A stretch of 64,000 nucleotides of DNA from an uncultured delta proteobacterium (lineage in GTDB: Bacteria > Desulfobacterota > Syntrophorhabdia > Syntrophorhabdales > WCHB1-27). Positions 20,138 to 32,048 of the stretch are shown here, piece after piece. Every line of letters starts with the position of its first letter. Position 1 is the stretch's first letter. Position numbers and translations under genes: made by a program. The DNA is taken from assembly GCA_963810935.1 (NCBI GenBank), contig CAWEPK010000017.1, forward strand, positions 96,001-160,000, written 5' to 3'. Under the pieces are notes generated by a model. That model saw only the letters and a list, made by a program, of their open reading frames with translations, ran no database searches and was not told where the DNA came from.

Positions 20138-20302
20138 ATGCCGAGCTGCGAGGAGATGAAAAAGGGACAGGTTTACGAGTGCAAGGAGTGCGGCCTTCAG
20201 TTGCAGGTGGTCAAGGAATGCACGACCTGCACGACATCGACGTCATGCGGCTGCCCCTGCACCTTTTCTTGCTGTGAAAAAGAGCTGACCCTCAAGCAGT
20301 AG
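20138..20302 (+). CDS. 54-aa Cys-rich desulforedoxin/metallothionein-like protein
   Basis: GAGGAGG RBS; MPSCEEMKKGQVYECKECGLQLQVVKECTTCTTSTSCGCPCTFSCCEKELTLKQ; below the ORF-track cutoff. Confidence 0.85.
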   Translation: MPSCEEMKKGQVYECKECGLQLQVVKECTTCTTSTSCGCPCTFSCCEKELTLKQ

Positions 20303-20343
20303 GGGAAGCGCGCCGGGGACGTTTTTCCATGGGCGGCGCCCCT

Positions 20344-23300
20344 TTATGGCTGCCCGTCGAGCGCGTTGCGGACGGCCAGTGCAATCTCCCTCTTCGTCAA
20401 CGGCTTCATCACGAAGCCGTTGATGCCTGCCGCCTTTGCTGAATCCGCGTCGACCAGGTGGCTGAAGCCCGTGCAGAGGATGACGGGGATATCCGGGCGG
20501 GCGGACAGGATGGCCTTCCCAAGCTCGATGCCCGTTATGTCAGGCATCGTCTGGTCGGTTATCACGAGGTCGAAGCGCGACGGGTCGGACGTGAAAAGGG
20601 CAAGGGCCTCGACGCTGTCGTTCCGCGTGGTCACCTCGTACCCGAGGTCTTCGAGCAAGCTCCCTGCCCATGTCGGTGAGCGGCTCCTCGTCGTCCACGA
20701 GAAGCACCCGCTCGTTGCCTCCGGGTATCGGTTCTTCCTCCAGGGCCGTTTCCTCCCGTTTCCCTTCGATCCTGGGCAGGTAAACGATGAATTCCGTGCC
20801 CTGGCCTGCCTCGCACTCCACGGTAATGTAGCCTTCATGCTGCCGCACGATGCCGAGCACGACCGAAAGCCCGAGCCCCGTGCCCTCGCCCCGCTCCTTG
20901 GTAGTGAAGAAGGGGTCGAATATCTTGTCGATGATATCGGGCGGCATCCCGACGCCCGTGTCCCGGACAACGAGCTTCATGTAAGGGCCCGCCTTCATAT
21001 CTGCGTCCTTCCAGGTTTCCGTGACCGTGAAATCGCTCAGCGTGACGTGCAGGATGCCGCCTGTCTCCCGCATGGCGTAGGCGGCGTTCGTGCAGAGGTT
21101 CATCACCACCTGCTGCATCTGCGTGGGGTCCGCATAGACCATGCCCGACTCGCTCTCCACCTTGACCGTTATGCTGATGGTCGAGGGGATGGAGGCGCGA
21201 AGGAGCTGCATTACCTCGCCCACTGTGTCGCTGAGGCGAAGCGGCTCTTTCTCGTGCAGGCCGCTCCTGCTGAAGGTGAGCATCTGCCTGACGAGGTCCC
21301 TTCCCCGCAAGGCGGCCTCGACCACCCTGCCTATGTCGTGCTTCTGGCGGCTCCCGTCCTCCGCCCTGCCTTTCGCCATCTCCGCAAACCCTACGATGGC
21401 GGCGAGGATATTGTTGAAGTCATGGGCTATGCCGCCCGTGAGCGTGCCGAGTGCCTCCATTTTCTGCGCCTGGCTAAGTTGCTGCTCGGTGCGCCTGGCC
21501 TCCGTGACGTCCAGGTTGATCTCGAGGACGGCCATGGGGTTGCCGTCTTCGTCCCTCTGGAGGGCCTGGCGGCTGAGCACCGTTATCCTGCGGCCGTCCT
21601 TGGTAGCGTGCACCAGGTCGCCGTCCCAGCGGCCTTCATCAAAAAGGGCGGTCGTATACTGATCGAAAGGCACGGCGAGCTGCGTATCGAGGAGGGTCTG
21701 GCTGAAGCTGCCCAGCGCTTCCGCCTTCGTCCAGCCGTATACCTCCACGGCCGTCGCGTTCCAGAACGTGATCCTGCCTTCCGGGTCGCGCACGATGACT
21801 GCGTTGTGTGCAAGCTCCAGAAGCTCCGCCTGCCTCCTGATGTCTTCGGTCCTCTCCCTTACCCGCTCTTCCAGCTCGTCGCGGGCCTTCTTCACCGCCT
21901 TCTCGCTCCTCATGCGGACTATGGCTACGGCCACTTGGCCGGCTATCGCCTTCATGAGTGAAAGCTCGTCTTCGCTGAAGGCGTCTTTTCCGGTCGCACC
22001 GAATGAGAGGGAGCCGACGACCAGCCCGTCGGGGCCTAATAGCGGGTTGGTGGCGTAGGCCCTTATGCCGTACGATTTGACGAAGTCCGATATGCGTAAG
22101 GGCGTATCCGCGCCATCGGCGCATCCCGCCTCAGCGCAGGCCCCGCAGCCCGACCCGTCGGAGAAGACGGCGGGAAAATCGACCGACTCGATCCGCGACG
22201 CCGCCTCTTCAGGGATGCCTGCAAAGGCATTCAGCTTCAGCCCGCCTGTCCCTTCGACGGTAAGGAAATTGAGGAACGCCTGGCAGCCGAGGCGCTCCAT
22301 CACTTTCGTGCAGATGGGGCCGACGAGCTTCGGCGGGTCCGGCTCCTGCAGCAGGTCGCCCGCCGTATCTGCGAGCAAGGCCAGCGACGCCTCGGCCGCG
22401 TCCCTGTCCGCCTTTCTTTCAAGGAGGGACTCGGCCATGTCGTCGAACGCCTGCGCGAGCTTGCCCAACTCCCCGCCTTTCACTACGTCCGATACATTCA
22501 CCCGGGCAACGCCCCCGGTAAGCTGCTCGGACGCCTTGACCAGCTTGAGGACGGGCTTTACGACCGCAGCCTCCCCCACGAACCAGACAAGCACGAGGGC
22601 GGCCAGGTATACGGCCAGGAGAACGGCCAGGTCCCTGTACATCGACGCGTAGGCCCTCGATACCGCGGAGGCCAGGGGAACGCTCAGGCGGACATAAAGA
22701 TAGGGGCCGGCCTCGTGCGGCAGGCTGACCCTCTTGTACACCACGATGCGGTGCTTTCCGTCGTTCCCGTTCGCCTCGAATGTCCCTTCCGGCCCGCCCT
22801 GCAGCATGTTGTCGAACATCACGCGGCTTGCGTCTGTGCGCCCGACGAGGCCCTGCGAAAATACGTCCTGGAGGCTCCTGGTCAGTATGGTCCCCTGATG
22901 GTCGAGCAGGGTAAGCGACGCGCCTGGCAGCAGGCTGTTATCATTCAGGGATTGCACGGTCTGCGGCAGGTTGAGGGCAACGACTATCACCGATATCAGC
23001 CTGCCCGACGCATCCTTCACAGGGTACCCGAAGTGGACGACGGGCTTTTTCACGCGCCTGCCTATGGCGTACTCGCCGGAAGAGAAAAGGCCCGTGCGGA
23101 CCGCGTTCTCGTAGTACCTGCGACCTGCCATCGACAGCGCGCCATCGCCGGGTATAGCGTAGGCCCAGGATGTGCCCGCAGCGTCGCCTATGCCGATCGT
23201 CGCATACTGCGGGTTCTGCTCAAGGAGCCGGACCAGGATGCGCTCGGTGGCCTGTGCGTTGCGGGACTGCACCTCGGGCAAAAAAGCCAGGGCCGTCACC

Positions 23301-23518
23301 AATTGCTGCACGCCCGCGACGACCGCCTGCTCCTCGCTCGCAATATTATTGACCACCCTCACGCATTCCTTGCGGGCGTCCTGTATGGCAGTCCTGCGCT
23401 CGGCCAGCCCCGAATGGATTATCAGGACCAGCGACGGCACGGCCAGCAAGGAAACGAATATTATTAATTGAGTGCGTATCGACCAGGATAGGAATCCGCG
23501 CATCCGTTTGCTCCCCAA
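20344..23518 (-). CDS. Hybrid sensor histidine kinase (Cache-HAMP-GAF-PAS-HisKA-HATPase-REC), one frameshift near 20657
   Basis: [13 protein letters not shown] boxes, LLVDDE; the receiver domain continues in ORF 20344..20970 (LEDLGYEV...[10 protein letters not shown]...KP) after one extra base. Confidence 0.9.
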
Positions 23519-23707
23519 CGTTCCCTGATGCTCCGAAAATCCTAACTTACATCGACGGCATTTACAACGTCAATCAGCCATTTTTGACCTCGCCGGGATG
23601 GGCGAAGGCAATATTCCGGGACATTAGCGCATTCTTCGTCATCTGAGGACAAAGGCGGCCTTAAAAGGCTGGCCTCGCCCGATAATCTGCTATAGTATAG
23701 GACCGCT

Positions 23708-24589
23708 ATGCAAGCACCCGGTGACAAAGAAGAGGAAGGCAGGACGCTAAAGAGAGTAGACGACCGCACGGTCCTCGTCGATTACGGCCCCATGCATATG
23801 TACATTCAGGCGACCGACAGGGGCAGGCCCCGCCTCGACCTCGCCGTAGAAGGCGGCAGAATGGCCGCAGGCGTCCTCGAAGACCAGGCCCGCTTCCTCT
23901 CCCTGCTCAAAAAGAAGGCGGGCGAAATAGAGGCGAAGGCGGACCTTCCCGCCGTTGTAGCCGGCATGGTCGTGGCAGCGCAGAAGATGGAGGCGGCCGA
24001 CCTGACGCCCATGGCCGCAGTCGCGGGCGCGGCATCCGACGCGGTAGCCGATTACTGCATAGAAAAAGGCGGCACAAAGATCATAGTCGATAACGGCGGC
24101 GACGTCGCGCTGCGCCTAAAAGGCGACGAGACGGCGCGCGTCGGGATCAAGACGGAAATAGACGCCCAGCGGCCGACGTACGTGCTAAACATCCCGGCCG
24201 GCGCAGGCATCGGCGGCGTAGCAACAAGCGGCCTGGGTGGCAGAAGCTTCACCAAAGGCATAGCCTCGGCAGTAACGGTGCTGGCCGAAACAGCGGCCCT
24301 CGCCGACGCAGCAGCGAGCGTAATCGCCAATGCAACCTACGTAGAAGACCCGGCAGTCGAGCGCTATCTGCCGGAAACGGTCTATCCGGACACGGACATA
24401 GCGGGGGAGTGGGTAACGGGGGCGGTAGGGGAGTTATCGGAGGGTAAGATAGACGAGGCGCTGACGCGCGGCCTTGAGGCCGCGCAGCGCCTCTGCGATA
24501 AAGGCTTGATTCTCGGCGCCTTTATCGCGGTGAAAGGTCGAACTACGTGGACAGCTACCTTAAATCCATACATCGCGGATTTAAGGTAG
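23708..24589 (+). CDS. UPF0280/ApbE-like family protein
   Basis: TPMAAVAGA, VDNGGD, GVATSGLGGRS, A.ADAAA..IAN. Confidence 0.85.
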   Translation: MQAPGDKEEEGRTLKRVDDRTVLVDYGPMHMYIQATDRGRPRLDLAVEGGRMAAGVLEDQARFLSLLKKKAGEIEAKADLPAVVAGMVVAAQKMEAADLTPMAAVAGAASDAVADYCIEKGGTKIIVDNGGDVALRLKGDETARVGIKTEIDAQRPTYVLNIPAGAGIGGVATSGLGGRSFTKGIASAVTVLAETAALADAAASVIANATYVEDPAVERYLPETVYPDTDIAGEWVTGAVGELSEGKIDEALTRGLEAAQRLCDKGLILGAFIAVKGRTTWTATLNPYIADLR

Positions 24590-24610
24590 CTGTCCAGCCG
24601 CTAACGCGGG

Positions 24611-24733
24611 GGCCGGAGATCCTTTCGCGCCTTTCGCGTCGATTTCTCGGCGCGAGTCCTCACATACACAAACCGTATGCTGCGGCTCGCTTCTTCGAAA
24701 AGCAACGCGAAATGCATCGAAAAATCTCCGGCC
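24611..24733 (+). repeat. ~123-bp palindromic MITE-like element (left copy)
   Basis: Terminal IR GGCCGGAGAT/ATCTCCGGCC, internal TTTCGCGT/ACGCGAAA; inverted homologue at 26757-26881. Confidence 0.85.
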
Positions 24734-24864
24734 GAAAGGGCAAGACAAGTATCGGCCGGCAGAGCAACGGCTGATGGCAAGGAGAATTACTTCGTACAAC
24801 TTTCACTTCCTTTGTTCGAAAAATCGTGCGATATTACATATCATAAGGGGTTACGGGAGAAAGT

Positions 24865-25764
24865 ATGGCTGAATCAGCGGTTGTCGCACTCCAGCGTGAT
24901 GCTCTCGACCGGAGAGTTCCGATTACTGACCTTCTACGCAAGGCACTAGTTATCGCAAAAAAGCTTAGGATTTCTGAATTTGAGACTTGGATCACACACG
25001 AGTTAAACGGGTACGGCGAAACAAAAGATGTGCCAGAATATCGCTGGGTTAGGGGTACTGTTGAAGCATGGAATCCGTACCACGGCTGGACGCAGGTGTT
25101 TTTTCGCGATCACGAGAAGCAGGAGTTACTTTCCAAGCGACCGTGCGGTCTAGCCATCGCGGAGTTAGAGAATCTCACGGAAAAGAATACATCGGGACAG
25201 ACAATTCAAATGTCGTATTCTGCTTATATGGAACAACGGTTGCGAAAGTCAATTGACTTCGATACCGAAGTAACGTTGATGCTCCCTTCAAGCACCCTCG
25301 TACGCATTCTTGATGCTGTTAGGACCGTGGTCCTAAATTGGGCTATGAAACTTGAGGAAGAGGGAATAGCCGGTGTCGGGCTTGCGTTTAACGACAAAGA
25401 AAAGCGAACAGCAGGAAAAGGTTCATATGCGATAAACAATTTTTATGGCCCCGTTACTAATTCGCAGATACAACAGCAAACATACGGTTCGGTACAAGAG
25501 CCGATGACCGAACGGCTAGATATGGAAGTGCTCAAGGAGATACTGAAAGGTGTGAAAGACTATATTCACATGGGTACTTTGCCAGCAGCCGCGCGTGAGG
25601 AAATAGAGGCCGAGATGAAGACGGTCGAGGCGCAGTGTGCTTCTCCGAAACCGAAGACAATTATCATCAAAGAAAGCTTGAGCTCAGTGCGAAACGTCTT
25701 AGAAGGCACGGCCGGTTCGATTCTGGGCGCGAAACTCATGGCACTGATTCAGTTGGTACTATGA
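24865..25764 (+). CDS. AbiTii-domain protein (abortive-infection associated)
   Basis: N-terminal LQ..ALD....ITDLLRKALVIAKKL...EF..WI..ELNGY....VPEYR...G...AWNPYHGW signature; visibly lower GC than flanks. Confidence 0.82.
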   Translation: MAESAVVALQRDALDRRVPITDLLRKALVIAKKLRISEFETWITHELNGYGETKDVPEYRWVRGTVEAWNPYHGWTQVFFRDHEKQELLSKRPCGLAIAELENLTEKNTSGQTIQMSYSAYMEQRLRKSIDFDTEVTLMLPSSTLVRILDAVRTVVLNWAMKLEEEGIAGVGLAFNDKEKRTAGKGSYAINNFYGPVTNSQIQQQTYGSVQEPMTERLDMEVLKEILKGVKDYIHMGTLPAAAREEIEAEMKTVEAQCASPKPKTIIIKESLSSVRNVLEGTAGSILGAKLMALIQLVL

Positions 25765-25815
25765 TCTTTCAGCTTGCTGTCATTACCCTTTATACTCCCT
25801 TACGCAGAGGATAAA

Positions 25816-26633
25816 ATGGACTGGATCCCTGCAATATCTACGACGACGGTACTGGCTTTTGTCGTCTGGCTATTGCGAAGCCTTATCATCACACGGTTAA
25901 CAAGGTCAGTAAGCCACGAATACGACAAGAAGATAGAAGATCTAAGAGCAATTCTACGTCAGAGCGAAGAAGCGTTTAAGGCTCAATTGAGGGCGAAAGA
26001 ATCTCAAATCGATGCATTGAGAACGGGTGCGCTGACAGGAATTAGCAATAGGCAAGCAGTCCTTTACCAGCGTCGAATTGTTGCCGTGGAACAAATATGG
26101 AATGCGGTAATATCTCTCGCGCCCGCGAAACAGGTGTCCGCAACAATGGCTATTCTTAAATTTGAAGCCGCGGCAAAAGAGGCGGCCAGAGACCCGCGTT
26201 TTAGGGAAGTGTTCGTGGCGATCGGCAAAGCGTACGACCCTGATCAACTTAGAACTGTCGAGGCTTCGAAGTCTCGTCCCTTTCTTTCGCACTCGCTTGG
26301 GCGTACTATTCTGCATACGAAGCGATAGTTGTTCATGCCGCGTTGAGGCTGAAGGCTCTTCAAAGTGGGATGGAGAAAGACTATGCTGACGTGGAGACCA
26401 TCACAAAGCTGGTAAGAGTCGCGCTACCGCATCGGGCTGAAATGATCGACAAGTTTGGTTCAGACGCTTTTCATTACTTTCTCGAAGAACTCGAGTCCAG
26501 CCTCCTGGCTGAACTTAGCAATATGCTACGTGGAGAAGAATCGGATAAGGAAAGTGTAGAACGAGCGGCTTTGATTGTAGAGGCGACAGAGCGCCTAATG
26601 AAGACTAATGAATCGATAAAAGAAAAGGGCTAA
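25816..26633 (+). CDS. Hypothetical membrane-anchored coiled-coil protein, one frameshift near 26290
   Basis: ATG at 25816 with GAGGA; N-terminal TM helix; restoring one base near TCG-CA-CTC joins ORFs 25774..26328 and 26343..26633 through ...LAWAYYSAYEAIVVHAALRLK. Confidence 0.7.
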
Positions 26634-26756
26634 TTTGACCACCGATCGTCATTACTTGATTATTGCATTAGCTGATACGAGGTGCCGATCCTTGGAATGA
26701 AAACCCTACCTTAAAGGGTTGACAGTTAGTAGGCGAACTATACGCGTGGTTTTTCC

Positions 26757-26881
26757 GGCCGGGATATTTTTGATGGATTTCGCGTTGCTTTTCGACCAAG
26801 CGAGCCGCAGCGTACGTAGTTGTGTACGTGAGGACTCGCGCCCGAGAAATACGACGCGAAAGGCGCAAAAAGATCCCGGCC
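26757..26881 (-). repeat. ~125-bp palindromic MITE-like element (right copy, inverted)
   Basis: Terminal IR GGCCGGGAT/ATCCCGGCC; core CGAGCCGCAGCGTACGT...TGTGTACGTGAGGACTCGCG is the reverse-complement homologue of the left copy. Confidence 0.85.
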
Positions 26882-26899
26882 GACTATGAGAGTGAGAAT

Positions 26900-28108
26900 A
26901 TGACCGACGATAGGCTTTGGACCAAAAACTTCATCATCATCGCTCTCGCTAATTTCCTGATCTACATCGTCTTCTACCTCTTGATGGTCGTCATCGCCGC
27001 CTATGCGGTGGATACGTTCCATGCTTCCACCGGCATGGCGGGGCTTGTCTCCGGCGTCTTTATTATCGGCATCCTGATCGGCCGCCTGGGGACGGGGCGC
27101 ATTGTTGAGGACGTGGGGAGCAGGAAAGTCCTGATCGTCGGGACACTGCTTTTTACGGTCACGTCCGCGCTTTACCTTGCCGCCGTCAGCTTGCCCCTGC
27201 TGGTGCTGATGCGGTTTCTGCACGGGCTGGGCTACGGGGTGGCGCACACGGCTGCGGGGACGATAGTAGCGCAGGTCATTCCCGACCGAAGGCGGGGGGA
27301 AGGCATCGGCTATTACACCATGAGCCAGATACTCGCGACGGCCCTGGGCCCGTTCCTCGGGATAGTATTGAGCCGGCATATCGACTTCAACATGATCTTT
27401 ATCATTAACTCGATCATAGCCGCTGCCGGATTCGCAATCTCTTTCATCATCACCCAACCGGCCCGTAAAGGCGTGAGGCAGGAGCAGGCCAAAGCCTCCG
27501 CGCGTTTTAAGGTATCGGGCTTCCTCGAATTGACGGCCATACCGATCTCGATTATCGTAATGATAATCGGTTTCAATTATTCCGCCATCCTGACTTTCCT
27601 GTCGTTGTACACCAAAGGGCTGCACCTGGAAGCGGCCGCGAGCTTCTTCTTTATTTGCTATTCGGCGGCAGTCGTCTTGTCGAGACCGTTCTCGGGGCGC
27701 CTGCTCGATGCCAGAGGCGCCAATTTCGTCGTATACCCCTGTCTGGCGATTTTTGCGATCGGCACGTTTCTGCTCGGCGGGGTCACTAATATAATAACCC
27801 TATTGCTTGCAGGGACTATAATGGGCTTAGGGTGGGGCAATTTCCTTTCCTGCGGGCAGGCAATATCGATAAAGAACGCCCCGTCCCACAGGCTGGGGCT
27901 GGCAACGGCCACATACTATATGTTCCTTGACGTGGGTTTCAGCCTGGGGCCCTATTTGTTCGGGTCCCTCCTGCCGTACACGGGATATCGCGGCTCGTAC
28001 TTCATTATGGCCGCAGTGACGGTTGCGACAATCGGCCTTTATTATTTACTTTCCGGCAGGAGGGGGGGCGAGCGCTTGCTTCGCCCGGCAACGACCTCTT
28101 CCGATTAA
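26900..28108 (+). CDS. MFS transporter
   Basis: LWTKNF, GR..ED.G.RK, RRGEGIGYY, ~12 TM helices; likely ATG at 26900. Confidence 0.92.
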   Translation: MTDDRLWTKNFIIIALANFLIYIVFYLLMVVIAAYAVDTFHASTGMAGLVSGVFIIGILIGRLGTGRIVEDVGSRKVLIVGTLLFTVTSALYLAAVSLPLLVLMRFLHGLGYGVAHTAAGTIVAQVIPDRRRGEGIGYYTMSQILATALGPFLGIVLSRHIDFNMIFIINSIIAAAGFAISFIITQPARKGVRQEQAKASARFKVSGFLELTAIPISIIVMIIGFNYSAILTFLSLYTKGLHLEAAASFFFICYSAAVVLSRPFSGRLLDARGANFVVYPCLAIFAIGTFLLGGVTNIITLLLAGTIMGLGWGNFLSCGQAISIKNAPSHRLGLATATYYMFLDVGFSLGPYLFGSLLPYTGYRGSYFIMAAVTVATIGLYYLLSGRRGGERLLRPATTSSD

Positions 28109-28128
28109 ATGACGCGACGAGGATATAT

Positions 28129-28644
28129 ATGATAACTGAGATTAACGGAAAGAAACCGATAGTCGATCCCACGGCGTTTATAGCCGGCAATGCCATGGTC
28201 ATAGGCGATGTCACGATCGGCGCAGGCGCCAATATCTGGTTCCAGTCAATCGTCCGGGGCGATACGCACTATATACGGATAGGGGCGAACTGCAACATCC
28301 AGGACGCCTGCGTGCTGCACGTGGTAAGGGGCCGCTACCCTGTGATACTGGAGGACGACGTTGTCCTCGGCCACCGGGCCGTGGTGCACGGGTGCCATAT
28401 AAAGAGGGGGGCGCTCATCGGCATCGGGGCCGTCGTGCTCGACGGCTCGGAGATAGGCGAGGAGTCGATTGTCGGGGCGGGCGCGGTCGTCGCGCCGGGG
28501 ACCATCGTGCCGCCGAGGTCGCTCGTGCTGGGCACGCCGGGAAAGGTCGTCCGCACATTGACCGACGACGACGTCCTTGTGATCAGGGAGATGAACAAGC
28601 AGTACCTGGAGCTGAAGGAGATTTACAGAAAGGCGCTCCTTTGA
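28129..28644 (+). CDS. Gamma-carbonic anhydrase family protein
   Basis: IGDV.IG...IW...VRGD, NIQD..VLH, GH..VVHGC hexapeptide repeats. Confidence 0.92.
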   Translation: MITEINGKKPIVDPTAFIAGNAMVIGDVTIGAGANIWFQSIVRGDTHYIRIGANCNIQDACVLHVVRGRYPVILEDDVVLGHRAVVHGCHIKRGALIGIGAVVLDGSEIGEESIVGAGAVVAPGTIVPPRSLVLGTPGKVVRTLTDDDVLVIREMNKQYLELKEIYRKALL

Positions 28645-28730
28645 CGCGGGCAGTCCCCCGAAATTGACATTTAATCCCCTATACGTTAGCATTTGATACT
28701 ATCTTATCCGTCGGTTATGGGAGGAAAGGA

Positions 28731-29168
28731 ATGTCGAACGTTAATAAGGTAATCCTTATCGGGAGGCTCGGGGCCGACCCCGAAATCCGCTATACCGCCG
28801 ACGGAACTCCGGTCGCCACTTTCAGGATGGCGACCAGTGAGACACGGAAGAACAAGGACGGCACTAAGTCCGAGCAGACCGAATGGCACAGCATAGTGGC
28901 GTGGCGCAAGCTCGGCGAGATATCGGCCGAATACCTCAAGAAAGGCAAGCTCGTCTACATCGAGGGCAGGATACAGAGCCGCGAGTACGAGGGCAGGGAC
29001 GGCGTCAAGAGGAAGGCCTACGAGATCGTGGCGTCGGCCATGAAGATGCTGAGCACTGCCGGGGGCGGACCGGGCGGCGACGACAGAAGGGGCGGCGGTG
29101 TTTCCCAGTCGCACGGGGACGACGACTTCGTGCACGAGAGCCCGGGCGAAGACGATATCCCCCTATAG
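28731..29168 (+). CDS. ssb: Single-stranded DNA-binding protein
   Basis: VNKVILIGRLGADPE, TEWH, YLKKG.LVYIEG, acidic DDIPL tail. Confidence 0.97.
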   Translation: MSNVNKVILIGRLGADPEIRYTADGTPVATFRMATSETRKNKDGTKSEQTEWHSIVAWRKLGEISAEYLKKGKLVYIEGRIQSREYEGRDGVKRKAYEIVASAMKMLSTAGGGPGGDDRRGGGVSQSHGDDDFVHESPGEDDIPL

Positions 29169-29240
29169 GCCGCATATAGGGGCGCGGACAATTAAATTTT
29201 ACTCAGGGCCTCCTATAAATTACCCTGCTCAAAAAGCAGG

Positions 29241-29526
29241 ATAATAAAGCAAGCGAATGCGCCGCGCTGAGCAGGGAGGCTCCATGAGCTTTGCTCGTGG
29301 AGGGGGCGCTGAGCCCCAATGATGATTGCCGCGCCAGCGGCAATAAAACGGAGCGCAGCGAAGTGCCGAGGGGGGAGGACTCCACGGACTTCGTTCGTGG
29401 AGGGGGCGCTGAGCCCCAATGATGATTGCCACGCCAGCGGCAATAAAACGGAGCGCAGCGAAGTGCCGAGGGGGGAGGACTCCACGGACTTCGTTCGTGG
29501 AGGGGGCGCTGAGCCCCAATGATTGC
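29241..29526 (-). repeat. Tandem array of ~3 units of the 100-bp repeat family
   Basis: GTGGAGGGGGCGCTGAGCCCCAATGAT recurs at 29297, 29397 and 29497 (exact 100-bp period); units 2 and 3 differ at one visible base. Confidence 0.95.
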
Positions 29527-29541
29527 TTAAAGGAGTCTTCA

Positions 29542-30986
<1,445 letters not shown>

Positions 30987-30987
<1 letters not shown>

Positions 30988-32048
30988 TGCGCGAGCACAT
31001 TTACTGGAAGAACGACGCGCTGTACGTCCTCGATCAGCGGCTCCTGCCTTTCAAGGAGACCTACATCCGCTGCGAGACTTCCAGGGACGCTGCAAAGGCG
31101 ATCAAGGAGATGGCTGTACGGGGAGCGCCGCTCATCGGCCTCGTCGCCGCCTACGGCGTTGTGCTCGGCGTCAGGGAGACGGCAGCGAGGCGCGGCCGTG
31201 TAAGGCCGGGCGACATCGAGCGCATCTGCCGCAGGCTCCAGGAGACAAGGCCCACCGCGGTCAACCTCACCTGGGCGCTTACCAGGATGAAGGCCGTGTA
31301 CGCGGAGCAGCAGGGCGCGGACGGCGTGGCCGAGATCATGCTGAAGACCGCCGTGGAGATGCACGAAGAGGACATAGAGAACAACCGCCGCCTCTCGATG
31401 TACGGGGCGGAATTGATCGACGACGGAGACACCATCCTCACCCATTGCAACGCAGGCGCCCTTGCCACGGGCGGCTACGGCACGGCCCTGGGCGTCATCA
31501 GGACCGCCCATGAGTCCGGCAAGGAGATACGCGTGATCGCCACTGAGACGCGGCCCTACTTCCAGGGGGCGCGGCTCACGGCCTGGGAGCTGCGCGAGCA
31601 GGGGATAGACGTCACGATCGTCCCGGACAACCACGCGGGCCTTCTGTGCGAGCAGGGCATAATCGACAAGGTGGTAGTCGGCGCAGACCGGGTGGCGCGG
31701 AACGGCGACACGGCGAACAAGGTAGGGACGTACATGATCGCACTGGCCGCCCACGACAACGAGGTGCCGTTTTACGTAGCCGCGCCCCTGTCGTCGTTCG
31801 ACCCCGCCATCAGGAGCGGGGAAGAGATCGACATCGAGGAGCGCGACGGCGAGGAGGTAAAGTACGTGAACGGCCGCCTGGTCGCGCCGGCGGACGTGCC
31901 CGCCAGGTACTACGCCTTCGATATCACGCCCGCGCGCCTTATCACTTATATCCTCAACGAGAACGGAGTACTCGAAAAACCCTTCGGCAAGTATATAAAA
32001 ATACTCTTCTCCCAGAGCAGGCGTGCGCATCGTAACACTCCTCACTGA
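30987..32048 (+). CDS. mtnA: S-methyl-5-thioribose-1-phosphate isomerase
   Basis: LDQRLLP, VRGAPLIG, RPTAVNL, THCNAGALAT, ETRP..QGARLTAWEL, ANKVGTY. Confidence 0.96.

Noticed and set aside
20366..21961. 531-aa plus-strand ORF and other long antisense ORFs (e.g. 786..1730, 10196..11353, 30846..32045)
   Set aside because: Shadow frames of well-supported genes, expected in high-GC DNA; no family motifs.
24590..26740. Integron cassette array (GCTAAC at ~24600, GTTAG at 26725)
   Set aside because: No attC-like palindrome between the two cargo genes and no integron integrase; the motifs are too short.
29241..29526. Possible CRISPR array
   Set aside because: Whole 100-bp units repeat with no unique spacers, no cas genes are present, and the same unit is dispersed elsewhere.
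29419..29541. N-terminal extension of GatB and ORFs across the repeat array
   Set aside because: Translation of repeat DNA; homology and RBS point to the TTG at 29542.
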